From NCBI GenBank assembly GCA_044225365.1, contig JBGAIQ010000014.1, forward strand, positions 64,001-128,000: a DNA stretch of 64,000 nucleotides. Reading direction: 5' to 3'. Origin of the DNA: Planctomycetota bacterium. GTDB taxonomy: Bacteria > Planctomycetota > B15-G4 > JADJEK01. Positions 52,011 through 61,429 of this stretch are shown one piece after another (position 1 is the first letter of the stretch; the number at the start of each line of letters is the position of its first letter). The position numbers were made by a program, and so were the translations under genes. The notes beneath the pieces are model-generated. The model did not search any database. It saw nothing but the letters and a program-made list of their open reading frames with translations, and was not told the DNA's origin.

Positions 52011-54275
52011 ATGAACTTCAAGACGCTGCCCCTTCGACGAATCGCGTTCGTCGTCGCGATGTTGCCCGCCTCGGTCACGCTCGCAGGGGATTCATCCGCG
52101 GCGCGAGCCGCTCGCATGCTCGGGCACTCGGAACACGGGCCCGAGTTCGACGAGGGCCCGCGCGAGAAGCCCGTGAAGTTGGAAGGCATCGGCTCCACGC
52201 ATTTGCCGATCACGACGAAGGTCCCGGAAGTCCAGCAATGGTTCGACCAGGGGAACACGCTGCTCCATTCGTTCTGGTACTACGAGGCCGAGCGATCGTT
52301 TCGGTGGTGCCTGAAGCTCGATCCCGAGTGCGCGATGGCTTGGTGGGGTCTCGCGCGTTGCTCCGATCGTGACGACAACGGAAAGCGCCTGCGCAAGTGC
52401 CTCTACGAGGCCGTGAGGCGCAAGGACTCGGTCACACGTGCGGAACGGCTCTACATCGAAGCCTGGGAGAATGCCTACCACGACTTCCTCGCTTCGACGG
52501 GCGATACCGAATCCAGCAAGCCGGGCTCGCCGGACGGCGAGATCGCAAAAGGCCTCGAGAAGATCGCGCTCGAATTCCCTAACGACGTCGAAGCCAAGGC
52601 GCTGTACGTGCGCTACACGATGAGCGACGAGTCGAAGCGACTCGGCAACGAGATGATCGTCCGCGACATCCTCGCGAAGGAGCCCGACCATCCCGGCGCG
52701 CACCACTATCGCATTCACAACTGGGACGGGAAGGAAGGCAAGCAGGCGCTCGAGAGTTGCGCGCGATACGGAGTGATCGCGCCGAACATCGGTCACGCCG
52801 ATCACATGCCGGGGCACGTCTACAGCGGCGTCGGAATGTGGCACGAAGCGGCGATCTGGATGGACATCGCGACGCGCGTCGAGAAGCGTTCGATGACGCA
52901 GCGCATGATCTTCCCGTTCAGCGACTGGAACTACCGCCACAATCGGAACTACCTCTGCTACATCCAGGAACAGCTCGGCATCGCGAGTCTTTCCGAGGAC
53001 GGCGCGCGCGAGTTGCTCTCGACTCCGCTCGATCCCCGCTTCAACGACGCCACGAAGGGCGACGAAGCGACGATCTATTCCGAAGGGCTGCGCGCGCTGC
53101 TTCGCAACCTGATCAAGTTCGAACGGTTCGACGACGTGACGCGCGAAGGCGTCGTTCCGTGGAAGGACACGCTCGAATGCCGCGCGTGGCGACCCTATGC
53201 CGAGGCGCTCGCTGCGTTCGCCCGGCACGACGTGGTCACGCTTCGCGAACGCGAGAAGAAGCTCGCCGAACTGAAGGCCGAACAGGGAAAGAAGCCGAGA
53301 GGCGATGAGCGCGACCTCGACATCGGATTGCTCGACGACGAGGTCCGCGGACTCCTCGCGCACGCCGACGGACGCGCCCTCGAGGCCTACGAGATCCTTC
53401 TTCCCGCCGCGAAACACCAGGCCGATGGTTTCGAAGGCGGGAACGACCTGCCCACCCACCCACGATTCCTCTACACCGTGCTCGGCGAACTCTACCTCTC
53501 CGACGGCTGCCCAAAGCTCGCTCGCGAGGCGTTCCTGCGCACGCTCGACTCGGTGAAGAACGACGGCTTCGCGCTCTCGGGGCTCGCGCGAGCGGAACAC
53601 GCGCTCGGCAACATCCCTGCCGCCACCGACGCCGCGGCGCGACTTGCTTTCGTGTGGTCGGCCGCCGATCCGAAGCTGCGCTGGCTCAGTACTGTCAAGG
53701 CGCTCGGCCTGAACGCGACGCCAAAGGACGACTCGCCCGCACCGCAGCGACCTTACGACACGCGAGCGCTCGAGTCATACGGGCCAGGAACGTGGAAGCC
53801 GAATCCTGCGCCGACACTCGCCGTTCTCGATTCGTCCGGCAGCAACGTCTCGCTCGACGCATACCGCGGCAAGAACGTGATCGTCGTCTTCTACCTCGGC
53901 GATCAGTGTCCGCACTGCATCGAACAGCTTCAGAAGTTCGATCAGCGCGCTGGGGACTTCGCGAAGCGTGACGCTACGGTCCTCGCGATCAGTCGCGACG
54001 CACCGGAGAAGAACAAGAAGTCCGAAGCCCTCGGCGCGCTCGCGGTGCGCCTGCTCTCCGATCCGGACCATGCGAATGCGCGGCGCTTCCACTCGTACGA
54101 CGATTTCGAGGAGATGGAGATCCATTCGACGATCTTCATCGATCGCAACGGTGACTTGCGTTGGGCCCGCACCGGCGGCGATCCTTTCATGGACCTCGAT
54201 TTCCTCCTCAACGAGATCGACCGCGTCGACGCCATGCGCTCGAGCGCGCCGGCGCCTGCGGCCCCGCGAGGCTGA
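52011..54275 (+). CDS. Secreted TPR-like helical protein with a C-terminal redoxin (AhpC/TSA-like) domain
   Basis: EAERSF, DP.CAMAWWG, HPGAHHY.IH, H..HMP.H; C-terminal FYLG..CPHC and H.T..ID..G..RW. Confidence 0.8.
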   Translation: MNFKTLPLRRIAFVVAMLPASVTLAGDSSAARAARMLGHSEHGPEFDEGPREKPVKLEGIGSTHLPITTKVPEVQQWFDQGNTLLHSFWYYEAERSFRWCLKLDPECAMAWWGLARCSDRDDNGKRLRKCLYEAVRRKDSVTRAERLYIEAWENAYHDFLASTGDTESSKPGSPDGEIAKGLEKIALEFPNDVEAKALYVRYTMSDESKRLGNEMIVRDILAKEPDHPGAHHYRIHNWDGKEGKQALESCARYGVIAPNIGHADHMPGHVYSGVGMWHEAAIWMDIATRVEKRSMTQRMIFPFSDWNYRHNRNYLCYIQEQLGIASLSEDGARELLSTPLDPRFNDATKGDEATIYSEGLRALLRNLIKFERFDDVTREGVVPWKDTLECRAWRPYAEALAAFARHDVVTLREREKKLAELKAEQGKKPRGDERDLDIGLLDDEVRGLLAHADGRALEAYEILLPAAKHQADGFEGGNDLPTHPRFLYTVLGELYLSDGCPKLAREAFLRTLDSVKNDGFALSGLARAEHALGNIPAATDAAARLAFVWSAADPKLRWLSTVKALGLNATPKDDSPAPQRPYDTRALESYGPGTWKPNPAPTLAVLDSSGSNVSLDAYRGKNVIVVFYLGDQCPHCIEQLQKFDQRAGDFAKRDATVLAISRDAPEKNKKSEALGALAVRLLSDPDHANARRFHSYDDFEEMEIHSTIFIDRNGDLRWARTGGDPFMDLDFLLNEIDRVDAMRSSAPAPAAPRG

Positions 54276-54452
54276 GCGCGGACGCCGCGAGTTTTATCGA
54301 CCGCGACCGATTTCGCAGCGCCGGGGACACCGCGTGCGGCGCCCTCCCCACTGCGGGATCGAAGACTCCCTCGATCTGACGAGAACGTCACCCCACCCTG
54401 CTCCGCGATGGCCTTCTCGTCATCGTCGGGCGACCTTTCACCTCTCGGCATT

Positions 54453-54468
54453 GGGCACCGCGATTGCA
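54453..54468 (+). promoter_or_regulatory. Candidate sigma54 -24/-12 promoter
   Basis: GGGCAC-CGCGA-TTGCA matches TGGCAC-N5-TTGCW except for the first base; 112 bp upstream of the ATG at 54581. Confidence 0.55.
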
Positions 54469-54580
54469 CTCGATCCTCCGGCTCGTGCGAACGGGCACTT
54501 GTTCCACACGCCGCCGTTCTCGCGCTTCGCGGGCGGCGGCGACATCGATTTCAAGTCGATCGAACCCCTCAGGAGGAATC

Positions 54581-55969
54581 ATGCGACGCACCCTCTCCGC
54601 TCTCGCAACGCTCGCTCTCGCCGCGGCCGCTTCGGCTCAGAACTACACCTACACGGTTGTCGATCTCGAGCCCGGCGTGAACACGCTGACGCCGAGCAAG
54701 CCGTGGAGCATCTCCAACGACGGCAAGACGATCGCCGGCACGCGCGGCGGCGTCGCTTTCGTATGGCATGAAGGATCCGGGTTCACGTCGCTGAACAACC
54801 TTCCCGGCTACACCTCTGGCGCAGCGTTCGGACTCGACGCCGCAGGAAATGCCTGCGGCACGTCGACGGGCGCCGCGAATTCGCGAGCCGTCCGCTACAA
54901 CACCAACGGCACGGTCGATTCCCTCGGCACGCTCGGTGGTGCCTCGAGCATCGGCGCCGAGATGAACGCCGGCGGTGCGATCGTCGGTGACGCGATGAAC
55001 GCATCGGGTCTCTGGCATGCGTTCTACTGGACCCAGGCCGGCGGAATGATCGATCTGCAGCCCGGCGCGACGGAGTCCCATGGTTGGGACGTGAGTGACT
55101 TCGGCGCGGTCACCGGCTTCACGGGACCGGGCGGCGCACTCACTACGGATCACGCGTTCCGCTGGACACAGGCCGGCGGGTTCGTCGATCTCGGCGTTCC
55201 GGGCACCTTCAAGAACAGTCACGGCTTCGGCATCAACAAGGCCGGTCAGGTCTGCGGGAACTCGCAGAACAACACGGGCACCGTCCAAGGATGGGTCCGC
55301 TACTCCGACGGCGCAGGCTGGCAGTATCTGTTGACGAATGCCGGCAAGGCGAACACCGCGTGGAAGCTGAACGACTTCGGTCAGGTCGTCGGCGAGACGC
55401 ACCAGGACAGCGGTGGCCTGCATCGCGCCGCGGTCTGGACCGACGGAATCGGCATCCAGGACCTCAACGCCTTGATCGATCCTGCCTCTGGCTGGCTCCT
55501 GCGCGCGGCGTACGACGTCAACGAGCGCGGCCAGATCGTCGGTTGGGGTGAGCACAGCGGTTCATGGCACGGCTTCCGCCTCGACCCGAACTTCTTCGTG
55601 ACGTACGGCAATGCCTGCGCGGGCGGCGCGGGCCACGTCCCGGCACTCGCCGGACACGGCGTCCCTGCGGCCGGAAATACCATCGAGGTGATGATGGCCG
55701 AAGGCACTCCGAATGGCGTCGGCCTGATCTTCCTGTCGGCGAGCGCGGGCAATCAGCCGGTGGCGGGCTGCACGTATCTCCTCGGTGCGCCGCTCGGCTA
55801 CCCGATCGCCTTCAGCTACGACCTGCTCCGCCAAGCGCACCTGGTCGCGACGCTTCCCACCCCGCTCGCCGGCGGTGCATCGCTCTATCTCCAAGTCGCG
55901 AGCCTGGATCCGTCGGCGCCGAACGGCCAGTTCGCCCTCTCGAACGGCCTGCAGATGATCCTGCCCTGA
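54581..55969 (+). CDS. Secreted HAF-repeat protein with a C-terminal beta domain
   Basis: AGGAGG RBS; signal peptide; repeated (H)AF.WT..GGM.DL and IN..GQ.VG. Confidence 0.88.
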   Translation: MRRTLSALATLALAAAASAQNYTYTVVDLEPGVNTLTPSKPWSISNDGKTIAGTRGGVAFVWHEGSGFTSLNNLPGYTSGAAFGLDAAGNACGTSTGAANSRAVRYNTNGTVDSLGTLGGASSIGAEMNAGGAIVGDAMNASGLWHAFYWTQAGGMIDLQPGATESHGWDVSDFGAVTGFTGPGGALTTDHAFRWTQAGGFVDLGVPGTFKNSHGFGINKAGQVCGNSQNNTGTVQGWVRYSDGAGWQYLLTNAGKANTAWKLNDFGQVVGETHQDSGGLHRAAVWTDGIGIQDLNALIDPASGWLLRAAYDVNERGQIVGWGEHSGSWHGFRLDPNFFVTYGNACAGGAGHVPALAGHGVPAAGNTIEVMMAEGTPNGVGLIFLSASAGNQPVAGCTYLLGAPLGYPIAFSYDLLRQAHLVATLPTPLAGGASLYLQVASLDPSAPNGQFALSNGLQMILP

Positions 55970-55997
55970 CGCCCTGACGACCCGCATCGCCTGAACC

Positions 55998-56029
55998 CGA
56001 GCCTGCGCCGGCCCGCCTGCGCAGGCTCG
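55998..56029 (+). terminator. Hairpin downstream of the HAF gene, possible terminator
   Basis: CGAGCCTGCGC pairs with GCGCAGGCTCG; followed by a weak CTCATTT tail. Confidence 0.5.
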
Positions 56030-56037
56030 CTCATTTC

Positions 56038-56162
56038 GGCGGTTACGGATCGCAGCCGCCGCCGCCGCTTTCGGCGGTCACGGATCGCAGCCGCCGCCGC
56101 CGCTTTCGGCGGTTACGGATCGCAGCCGCCGCCGCCGCTTTCGGCGGTTACGGATCGCAGCC
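56038..56162 (-). repeat. Tandem 35-bp REP-like array (three full copies and one partial), same family as 33081-33425 in reverse orientation
   Basis: Unit GGCGGT(T/C)ACGGATCGCAGCCGCCGCCGCCGCTTTC; its reverse complement contains GGCGGCGGCTGCGATCCGTAACCGCC. Confidence 0.88.
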
Positions 56163-56271
56163 AACTCCGCCGGTTTGGGTTGGCGTGGAAAATCGGCCGG
56201 AATTGCTGGTGCAGGGGGGCCCCGTTCTTCGCTCGGGCGGAAGCCAGGCGATGAAAACGCAGGAGCCCGCG

Positions 56272-56547
56272 ATGCGACCCTTCCTCCGTCCACTCGATTC
56301 CAATTCGAAGTCCCATGTCCACTTCGTTGGCGTGTACCCGGGATGCGGAGTCCTCGACGCCCTCCTGGCGGTCTGCGTCCTGGCCGTCGTTCTTGCGACG
56401 GGGATCGCTACCGTCCTCGTCTTTGCGATCGGCATTCGGAGCACGGCCGGGGCCGCAGGCGACGCGTTTGCAACCGCGATCCATGCCATCGATGGGTCGA
56501 TCCAGGGGATCATGGCCACCCTTCGCTCCGTCGCAGCGGGCGCCTGA
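56272..56547 (+). CDS. Small hydrophobic protein, possibly pilin-like
   Basis: AGGAG RBS; G followed by a long hydrophobic helix (VLDALLAVCVLAVVLATGIATVLVFAI). Confidence 0.4.
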   Translation: MRPFLRPLDSNSKSHVHFVGVYPGCGVLDALLAVCVLAVVLATGIATVLVFAIGIRSTAGAAGDAFATAIHAIDGSIQGIMATLRSVAAGA

Positions 56548-56576
56548 CTCCTTCACGCTGAAGGACCGAACGCGAA

Positions 56577-57173
56577 TCAGGAGGAAGGCCTCCCGCCCTC
56601 GAGCGCGCGCCGCAGCCACGCCTTCGCGAACGCAAGCTCTCGCACGACCGTGTTGCGATGCACTCCCAATGTCTGCGCGATCTCACTCCCCGTCATGCCG
56701 GAAAAGAAATGCATCGCGACGATCTCTGCGGCGCGCGAATCGAGCCGCTCGAGTTCGAGCAGCGCATCGCGGAGCGCCGGCAAGTCGTGTTGCGACGTCG
56801 GTTCGACCGCCTCGACGGGAAGCCCGGAGAGCGTGACGCGATCTCGCGATCCGCCGCGCTTCTCGGCGCGTTGCTCCCGGGCGTGATCGACGATGACGTT
56901 ACGCATCGCTCGCGCTGCTACCGCGAGGAACTCGTTGCGCCGCTCTCCCAGCCGTGCGTCGCCCGAAACGAGTCTCACGTACACCTCGTTCACGAGCATC
57001 GTCGACTGGAGCATCATCGCCCCACGTTCGCTCGTCAATGCTCGCTTCGCGATCGCACGAAGCTCCTCGTACATCACGGGCAGGAGCTCCGCGGGCGAGC
57101 TGCTTCCGGCTTGAATCCGCGAGAGGATCTGCGTGACGTCCTCGCTCGGTGTTCCGGTCATCGCCACACTCAC
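56577..57173 (-). CDS. ECF sigma factor, planctomycete TIGR02999-type
   Basis: DVTQIL, LLP.MYEELR.IA, LQ.T.LVNEVY.RL, F.A.AARAMR...VDHAR...A.KRGG, A.AWL. Confidence 0.9.
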   Translation of the reverse strand: MSVAMTGTPSEDVTQILSRIQAGSSSPAELLPVMYEELRAIAKRALTSERGAMMLQSTMLVNEVYVRLVSGDARLGERRNEFLAVAARAMRNVIVDHAREQRAEKRGGSRDRVTLSGLPVEAVEPTSQHDLPALRDALLELERLDSRAAEIVAMHFFSGMTGSEIAQTLGVHRNTVVRELAFAKAWLRRALEGGRPSS

Positions 57174-58600
57174 TTGATCGGGTAGATGATGAAGTCCGCG
57201 TGCTTCTCGATCACGGGCTTGTCGCCCATCGCCGACAAGGCCGCATTCAACTCGAGAAGATGCTCGCGAGTGAGCTGCAGCGGATGCTCGTTCGGATGCG
57301 ACTTCGCCTGCATCGGATAGTCTTCCTGCGGAGTCGTCGTCATTTCGATGTGCGTACCGATCACGAAGGCAACCGGCTTGTCCGCCGTGAAATCGACGAG
57401 CCGTTGAATGCTCGCCTTGAAGACCTCGAACTGCCCATTCCTCGTCGCCCCGTTGATATAGAGTCGACCCGGGTAGAGCGAGTCACCCGTGAAGAGCAAC
57501 GCCGTCCGCCGATCGTAGACGGCGATATGCGACGCCTCGTGACCCGGGATCGGAACGATGTCGACGACGCGACCGCCGAGGTCGTACGACGCGATCTGAT
57601 TCGGCCAATCGGCGATCCCGAAGAACTCCTTCACCTCGGCCACGCCCTTTCCCACGACCGTCGCATCGGGCTTGCCCTTGAATTGCGAGTCCCCTTGCAC
57701 GTGATCGCCGTGCGCATGCAGATGTGCCGCGACGAGATCGATCCGAGCCCTTCCCTTCTTCGCGAGCCAGGCGTCGATCACGCCCTTCACGGTGTCGTAG
57801 ATCGCGACGTTTCCCGCGCCCGTGTCGAGCATCAACACCTTCGACTCGCCGAAGATCAACGTAATGAACGGCGCCTCGAAGTTCGTCCTCACCGATTGGC
57901 GCAGGATGTAGAGATCCTCGTTGTACGCATGGATCTGCATCGGCGGCTCATCCTGTTCCGCAGGCAACCCATTGATCCACGACGACGGAAATACGCCCGG
58001 CTCGACATCCGGCGCACGCGGCGGCGCGACCGCATCACTCCTCACCGCGTTCGCTTGGCGAAACAGGACCGCGCGTTGGAAGCTCGATGGCGGATAGCTC
58101 GTCGCGCCGTTCGCCTCGCTGCTCTTCACGGCGGATCCATCCATCGACGAGACGATCTCGAAATGCAGCACTTCACTCGACATGCCCGCGTCGACGACCT
58201 CCTCGCGCACGAGCAGGCGCGAGCCGCCGATGTCGAACCAGGTGAGCAGCACTCCGTCGATGAGACTCGCCTCGAGGACGAGCCCGCCTTCATCGATCGC
58301 ATATCGACCCTTCGCCGCGTCGCGAACGATGAGTTGATAAGGCCGTTCGGATCGCCCTGCAGCGCCGTCGTAGATCGTCTTCCATTCGTAGCGCAGCGGA
58401 TCGCTCGTCTTCGCGATGGTGAGCTCCATCGAGAATCGATCCTTGGGCCCGGCGCCCTCGCCCCCACCAAAAGCGCTCACGGTCCCCTTCCAGGTCCCGA
58501 GCCACGCCTCCGGAAACGATGTCGCGCCGACCGGAGCGACGGGCTTCGGAGTCGCGGAGCACGAGAACGCTACGACGAAGAGGACGAAGATGCGGCGCAT
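57170..58600 (-). CDS. Probable lipoprotein: uncharacterised N-terminal beta domain plus a metallo-beta-lactamase-fold hydrolase
   Basis: FSC lipobox-like site; WLGTWKG domain; FEAPF..L.FG...L.LDTG, HAHGDH, PGH, TGDSLYPGRL, G.HIE. Confidence 0.85.
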   Translation of the reverse strand: MRRIFVLFVVAFSCSATPKPVAPVGATSFPEAWLGTWKGTVSAFGGGEGAGPKDRFSMELTIAKTSDPLRYEWKTIYDGAAGRSERPYQLIVRDAAKGRYAIDEGGLVLEASLIDGVLLTWFDIGGSRLLVREEVVDAGMSSEVLHFEIVSSMDGSAVKSSEANGATSYPPSSFQRAVLFRQANAVRSDAVAPPRAPDVEPGVFPSSWINGLPAEQDEPPMQIHAYNEDLYILRQSVRTNFEAPFITLIFGESKVLMLDTGAGNVAIYDTVKGVIDAWLAKKGRARIDLVAAHLHAHGDHVQGDSQFKGKPDATVVGKGVAEVKEFFGIADWPNQIASYDLGGRVVDIVPIPGHEASHIAVYDRRTALLFTGDSLYPGRLYINGATRNGQFEVFKASIQRLVDFTADKPVAFVIGTHIEMTTTPQEDYPMQAKSHPNEHPLQLTREHLLELNAALSAMGDKPVIEKHADFIIYPIK

Positions 58601-58643
58601 GCCCCCAACTTAGCGATTGGGTCCACGCCGCGATCCGCCGCTG

Positions 58644-60029
58644 TCACGACGCTTTTCCGTGGCCGCCGGTGGTCGCCGTGTAATGCATTGGCTTCGTCGA
58701 TTTGCCGTGCAGATTGGTCATCCACACCGCGACGTCGATACTCACGCTGGCGTTCGTCGTCGTCGTATTCGTCAAGCCGTCGTCGGAAAGGTCCGTTTGC
58801 AGATCGATGTCCTTCGCGGTGAGTGCGAAGAACACGTTGCCGCCGATCACTTTCTTCGCGACGCGGATCCTCGCGCCGGCTCCGTCGTTGCCCTTTCCCT
58901 TCGCATCGAGCGTGAAGGCGAAGAGCTTGCCACCGACATCGACGATGACGCGCTGGCCTTCGGGTTCGAACGTAGAACCGCCGACTGGAATACTCCCCTT
59001 CATCACGAGTCGATCGTTCGCGACATTCGCGAAGTCGAGATCGATCTTGAGCTTCGTCGCGAGTGCGGGCGCCGCAGTCGCCGTCGGCGCGCCCGAAGCG
59101 GCCGGGAAGGGCGTATCCGTCGACACGTAACGACTCGCGCCGACCAGGTCCTCGATGGCGTTCGGGTAGCCGTCGCAGTCACTGTCCGTAGCGAGTGGAT
59201 CGAACTCGAAGCACAGGTCGAGCGGCCAGTCCGTCCCGGCGGGAAGACTTCCGACGTACGTCGACACGCCGGTGTCGGGATCGACGCGATACATTCGCGA
59301 ATTCGGCTGGAACGTCGTTTGGTATCCCGCGACGTAGAGCATGCCGTTCGGCATCTGCGCGAGCGCGTAGGTCTGCGACGCGTTGATCCCGATGTAGCCG
59401 ATCGTCGACAGCACCGACGGACCCACTCCACCCACTTCTCCGAGCGTCTGATTGAACAGATCGAGCAGGAGGAGCTTCGATGAGGTCGCGCCCGGGAAGT
59501 CGTTCGTGTACACGAAATTCGACGCCCACAACGTCGCGCCGAAATGAACGTCCGACGGGCCATAAGCAACGTCCGGACGCGTCGTCACGACCGTTGCGGT
59601 CAGCGGGTCGATCACCCATTGCTTGTTCAACGCGTCGATCAGAAGGAGATCGCGCGTCACGGGATCGAAGCCGAGATAGTCCGGAGGCGTGGGCGTGATC
59701 CCCAGCGAGCCGACGAGCGTGACGACCCCGGTGTCGGGATCGAGCTTTCCGAGATTCCCGAGCGCGGTCACGGTGAAGATCTGCCCCGTCGTCACGTCGA
59801 CCTGGATCACCTGCGGCAGGTCGTTCGACGCAACGCCACTGATCGAGACCCCGACTCCGGGGTCGGAAGGATCCTCGGGATCGATGCGGTAGATCTTCTC
59901 CGTCGACCCGACCGAATCCCAGGTCAGGAGGAGCATCGGACGCGAGCAATCGAGCGTTCCCGCGCTCGAGGACGAATCGAACGCCATTGCGACGACAGCG
60001 AAGAGGAGAGTGCGAATCGACGGCTTCAT
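58644..60029 (-). CDS. Secreted DUF4394-like propeller protein with a Ca-binding motif and conserved C-terminal domain
   Basis: Signal peptide; D..TGQ, GFDP....L, YTN...GATS; DSDCDGYPNAIE; VDVGG...FTLDAKGK. Confidence 0.7.
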   Translation of the reverse strand: MKPSIRTLLFAVVAMAFDSSSSAGTLDCSRPMLLLTWDSVGSTEKIYRIDPEDPSDPGVGVSISGVASNDLPQVIQVDVTTGQIFTVTALGNLGKLDPDTGVVTLVGSLGITPTPPDYLGFDPVTRDLLLIDALNKQWVIDPLTATVVTTRPDVAYGPSDVHFGATLWASNFVYTNDFPGATSSKLLLLDLFNQTLGEVGGVGPSVLSTIGYIGINASQTYALAQMPNGMLYVAGYQTTFQPNSRMYRVDPDTGVSTYVGSLPAGTDWPLDLCFEFDPLATDSDCDGYPNAIEDLVGASRYVSTDTPFPAASGAPTATAAPALATKLKIDLDFANVANDRLVMKGSIPVGGSTFEPEGQRVIVDVGGKLFAFTLDAKGKGNDGAGARIRVAKKVIGGNVFFALTAKDIDLQTDLSDDGLTNTTTTNASVSIDVAVWMTNLHGKSTKPMHYTATTGGHGKAS

Positions 60030-61429
60030 TCGTGCGCCTTTCCTGATTTGCCCGCGACCGCGTCGTAGGTGATCCCGCGCGTCATGCCGAAGTGATGAGT
60101 CGCCATCCAGAGGTCGACGTCCACGCTGAGCGCGGCGCCCGTGAGGTTCGCATCGACGAGACCTTCGTCGCTGAACGAGCTCGCTAGCGAAGCGTGCTTC
60201 TGCGTGAGCTTGAATTTCACGACGCCGGCCTGCGACGGTTTCGACACGCTGAGGCGAGCCCCCGTCGACGCCGTGGCCTTGCCCTTCGCATCGAGATCGA
60301 ACGTCGAGATCGATCCGCCGACGTCGGCGATGATCCGCATACCGTCGCGATCGAACTCCTCGTTGAGCGGGAGCTGGAAGGAGCCCTTCAGTTCGATCGA
60401 GTCCCGATTCGCATGATCGAACTTGAGCTTGATGCGGAGCCGATCGGAGAGCGTCGTCACGACCTCTTCACTCGGCGCATCGAGCACTCCGGCGAACGGC
60501 GTGATCGTGGGATTGCGCGTGTCGGACCCCGCGCTGACTTCGATCGAATTCGGGAAGCCATCGTCGTCGCGGTCGGCACTGAACGGGTCGTAGTCGAATG
60601 CGATGTCGAACACGTCGATCGACGGTGCGTTGATCTCGCCGTAGAACGTGGCAGCTCCAGTGTCGACGTCGATCGAGTACATCTCCGAGTCGGGACCGCC
60701 AACGCCGCCGAAGGTGACGTGGCTCGCCGCGTACAGCGTCCCGTCGAGATCGAATGCGAGACCGCCGATGCCCCAGAGGAAGTACCCCGTATCACCGACA
60801 GTGCTCATCGCACCGCTGACGGGGTCGGCCACCTTCGTGAAGATCGTGTCGTTCCCGCTCATCGTGTAACCGAGCGTCGACGTGGCCGCGTCGTGGGGAT
60901 TCGAGTACGCGAAGCTGATGATCCCGTTGGCGGAGCCGAAGTGCGTATCACCGGCCTGGAACTCGAGGGAGCCATCGGTGAACATGGTCGTGTTGTCGTT
61001 CTTGTTGATGCGGTAGTTGCCGTGCTGGAGATGCACGAAACGAAGGACTCCGCTCATCGGATCGAAGCGGATCCAGAACCAGGTGGTCCCGCCGTTCATC
61101 GTCGGCAACGAGGTGTTCGCCGATCCGACCTCGTTCGCGACTCCAGTCTGCTTGTCGATCTTGTACAGCCGACGTCCCATCGAGTAGGCGTAGAGCTGAC
61201 CCGTCGTCGGCTCGTTCGCGATCGAGACGAGCAGGTCGCCGCCCGCGACTCCGGTGACCGCGAGTGGGCTCGCGGCGTCACTCGGGTGCTTCGGGTCGAT
61301 CCAATAGAGCGATGCCGGATCGCTGTTCGTGAGCCGACCGAGGACGATCAGACGTTTCTGCGTCGAGCCGAGCGCCGATGCGCCGAGCGCGAGGCAAGCG
61401 CCGACGATTCCGAGAGTGCGTGCCGACAT
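60026..61429 (-). CDS. Secreted DUF4394-like protein, tandem paralog of 58644-60029
   Basis: P.TGQLY....LYKID..TG, FDP....LRFV....NYRIN, AYSN....ATST; DRDDDGFPNSIE; DVGG....FDLDAKGK. Confidence 0.72.
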   Translation of the reverse strand: MSARTLGIVGACLALGASALGSTQKRLIVLGRLTNSDPASLYWIDPKHPSDAASPLAVTGVAGGDLLVSIANEPTTGQLYAYSMGRRLYKIDKQTGVANEVGSANTSLPTMNGGTTWFWIRFDPMSGVLRFVHLQHGNYRINKNDNTTMFTDGSLEFQAGDTHFGSANGIISFAYSNPHDAATSTLGYTMSGNDTIFTKVADPVSGAMSTVGDTGYFLWGIGGLAFDLDGTLYAASHVTFGGVGGPDSEMYSIDVDTGAATFYGEINAPSIDVFDIAFDYDPFSADRDDDGFPNSIEVSAGSDTRNPTITPFAGVLDAPSEEVVTTLSDRLRIKLKFDHANRDSIELKGSFQLPLNEEFDRDGMRIIADVGGSISTFDLDAKGKATASTGARLSVSKPSQAGVVKFKLTQKHASLASSFSDEGLVDANLTGAALSVDVDLWMATHHFGMTRGITYDAVAGKSGKAHE

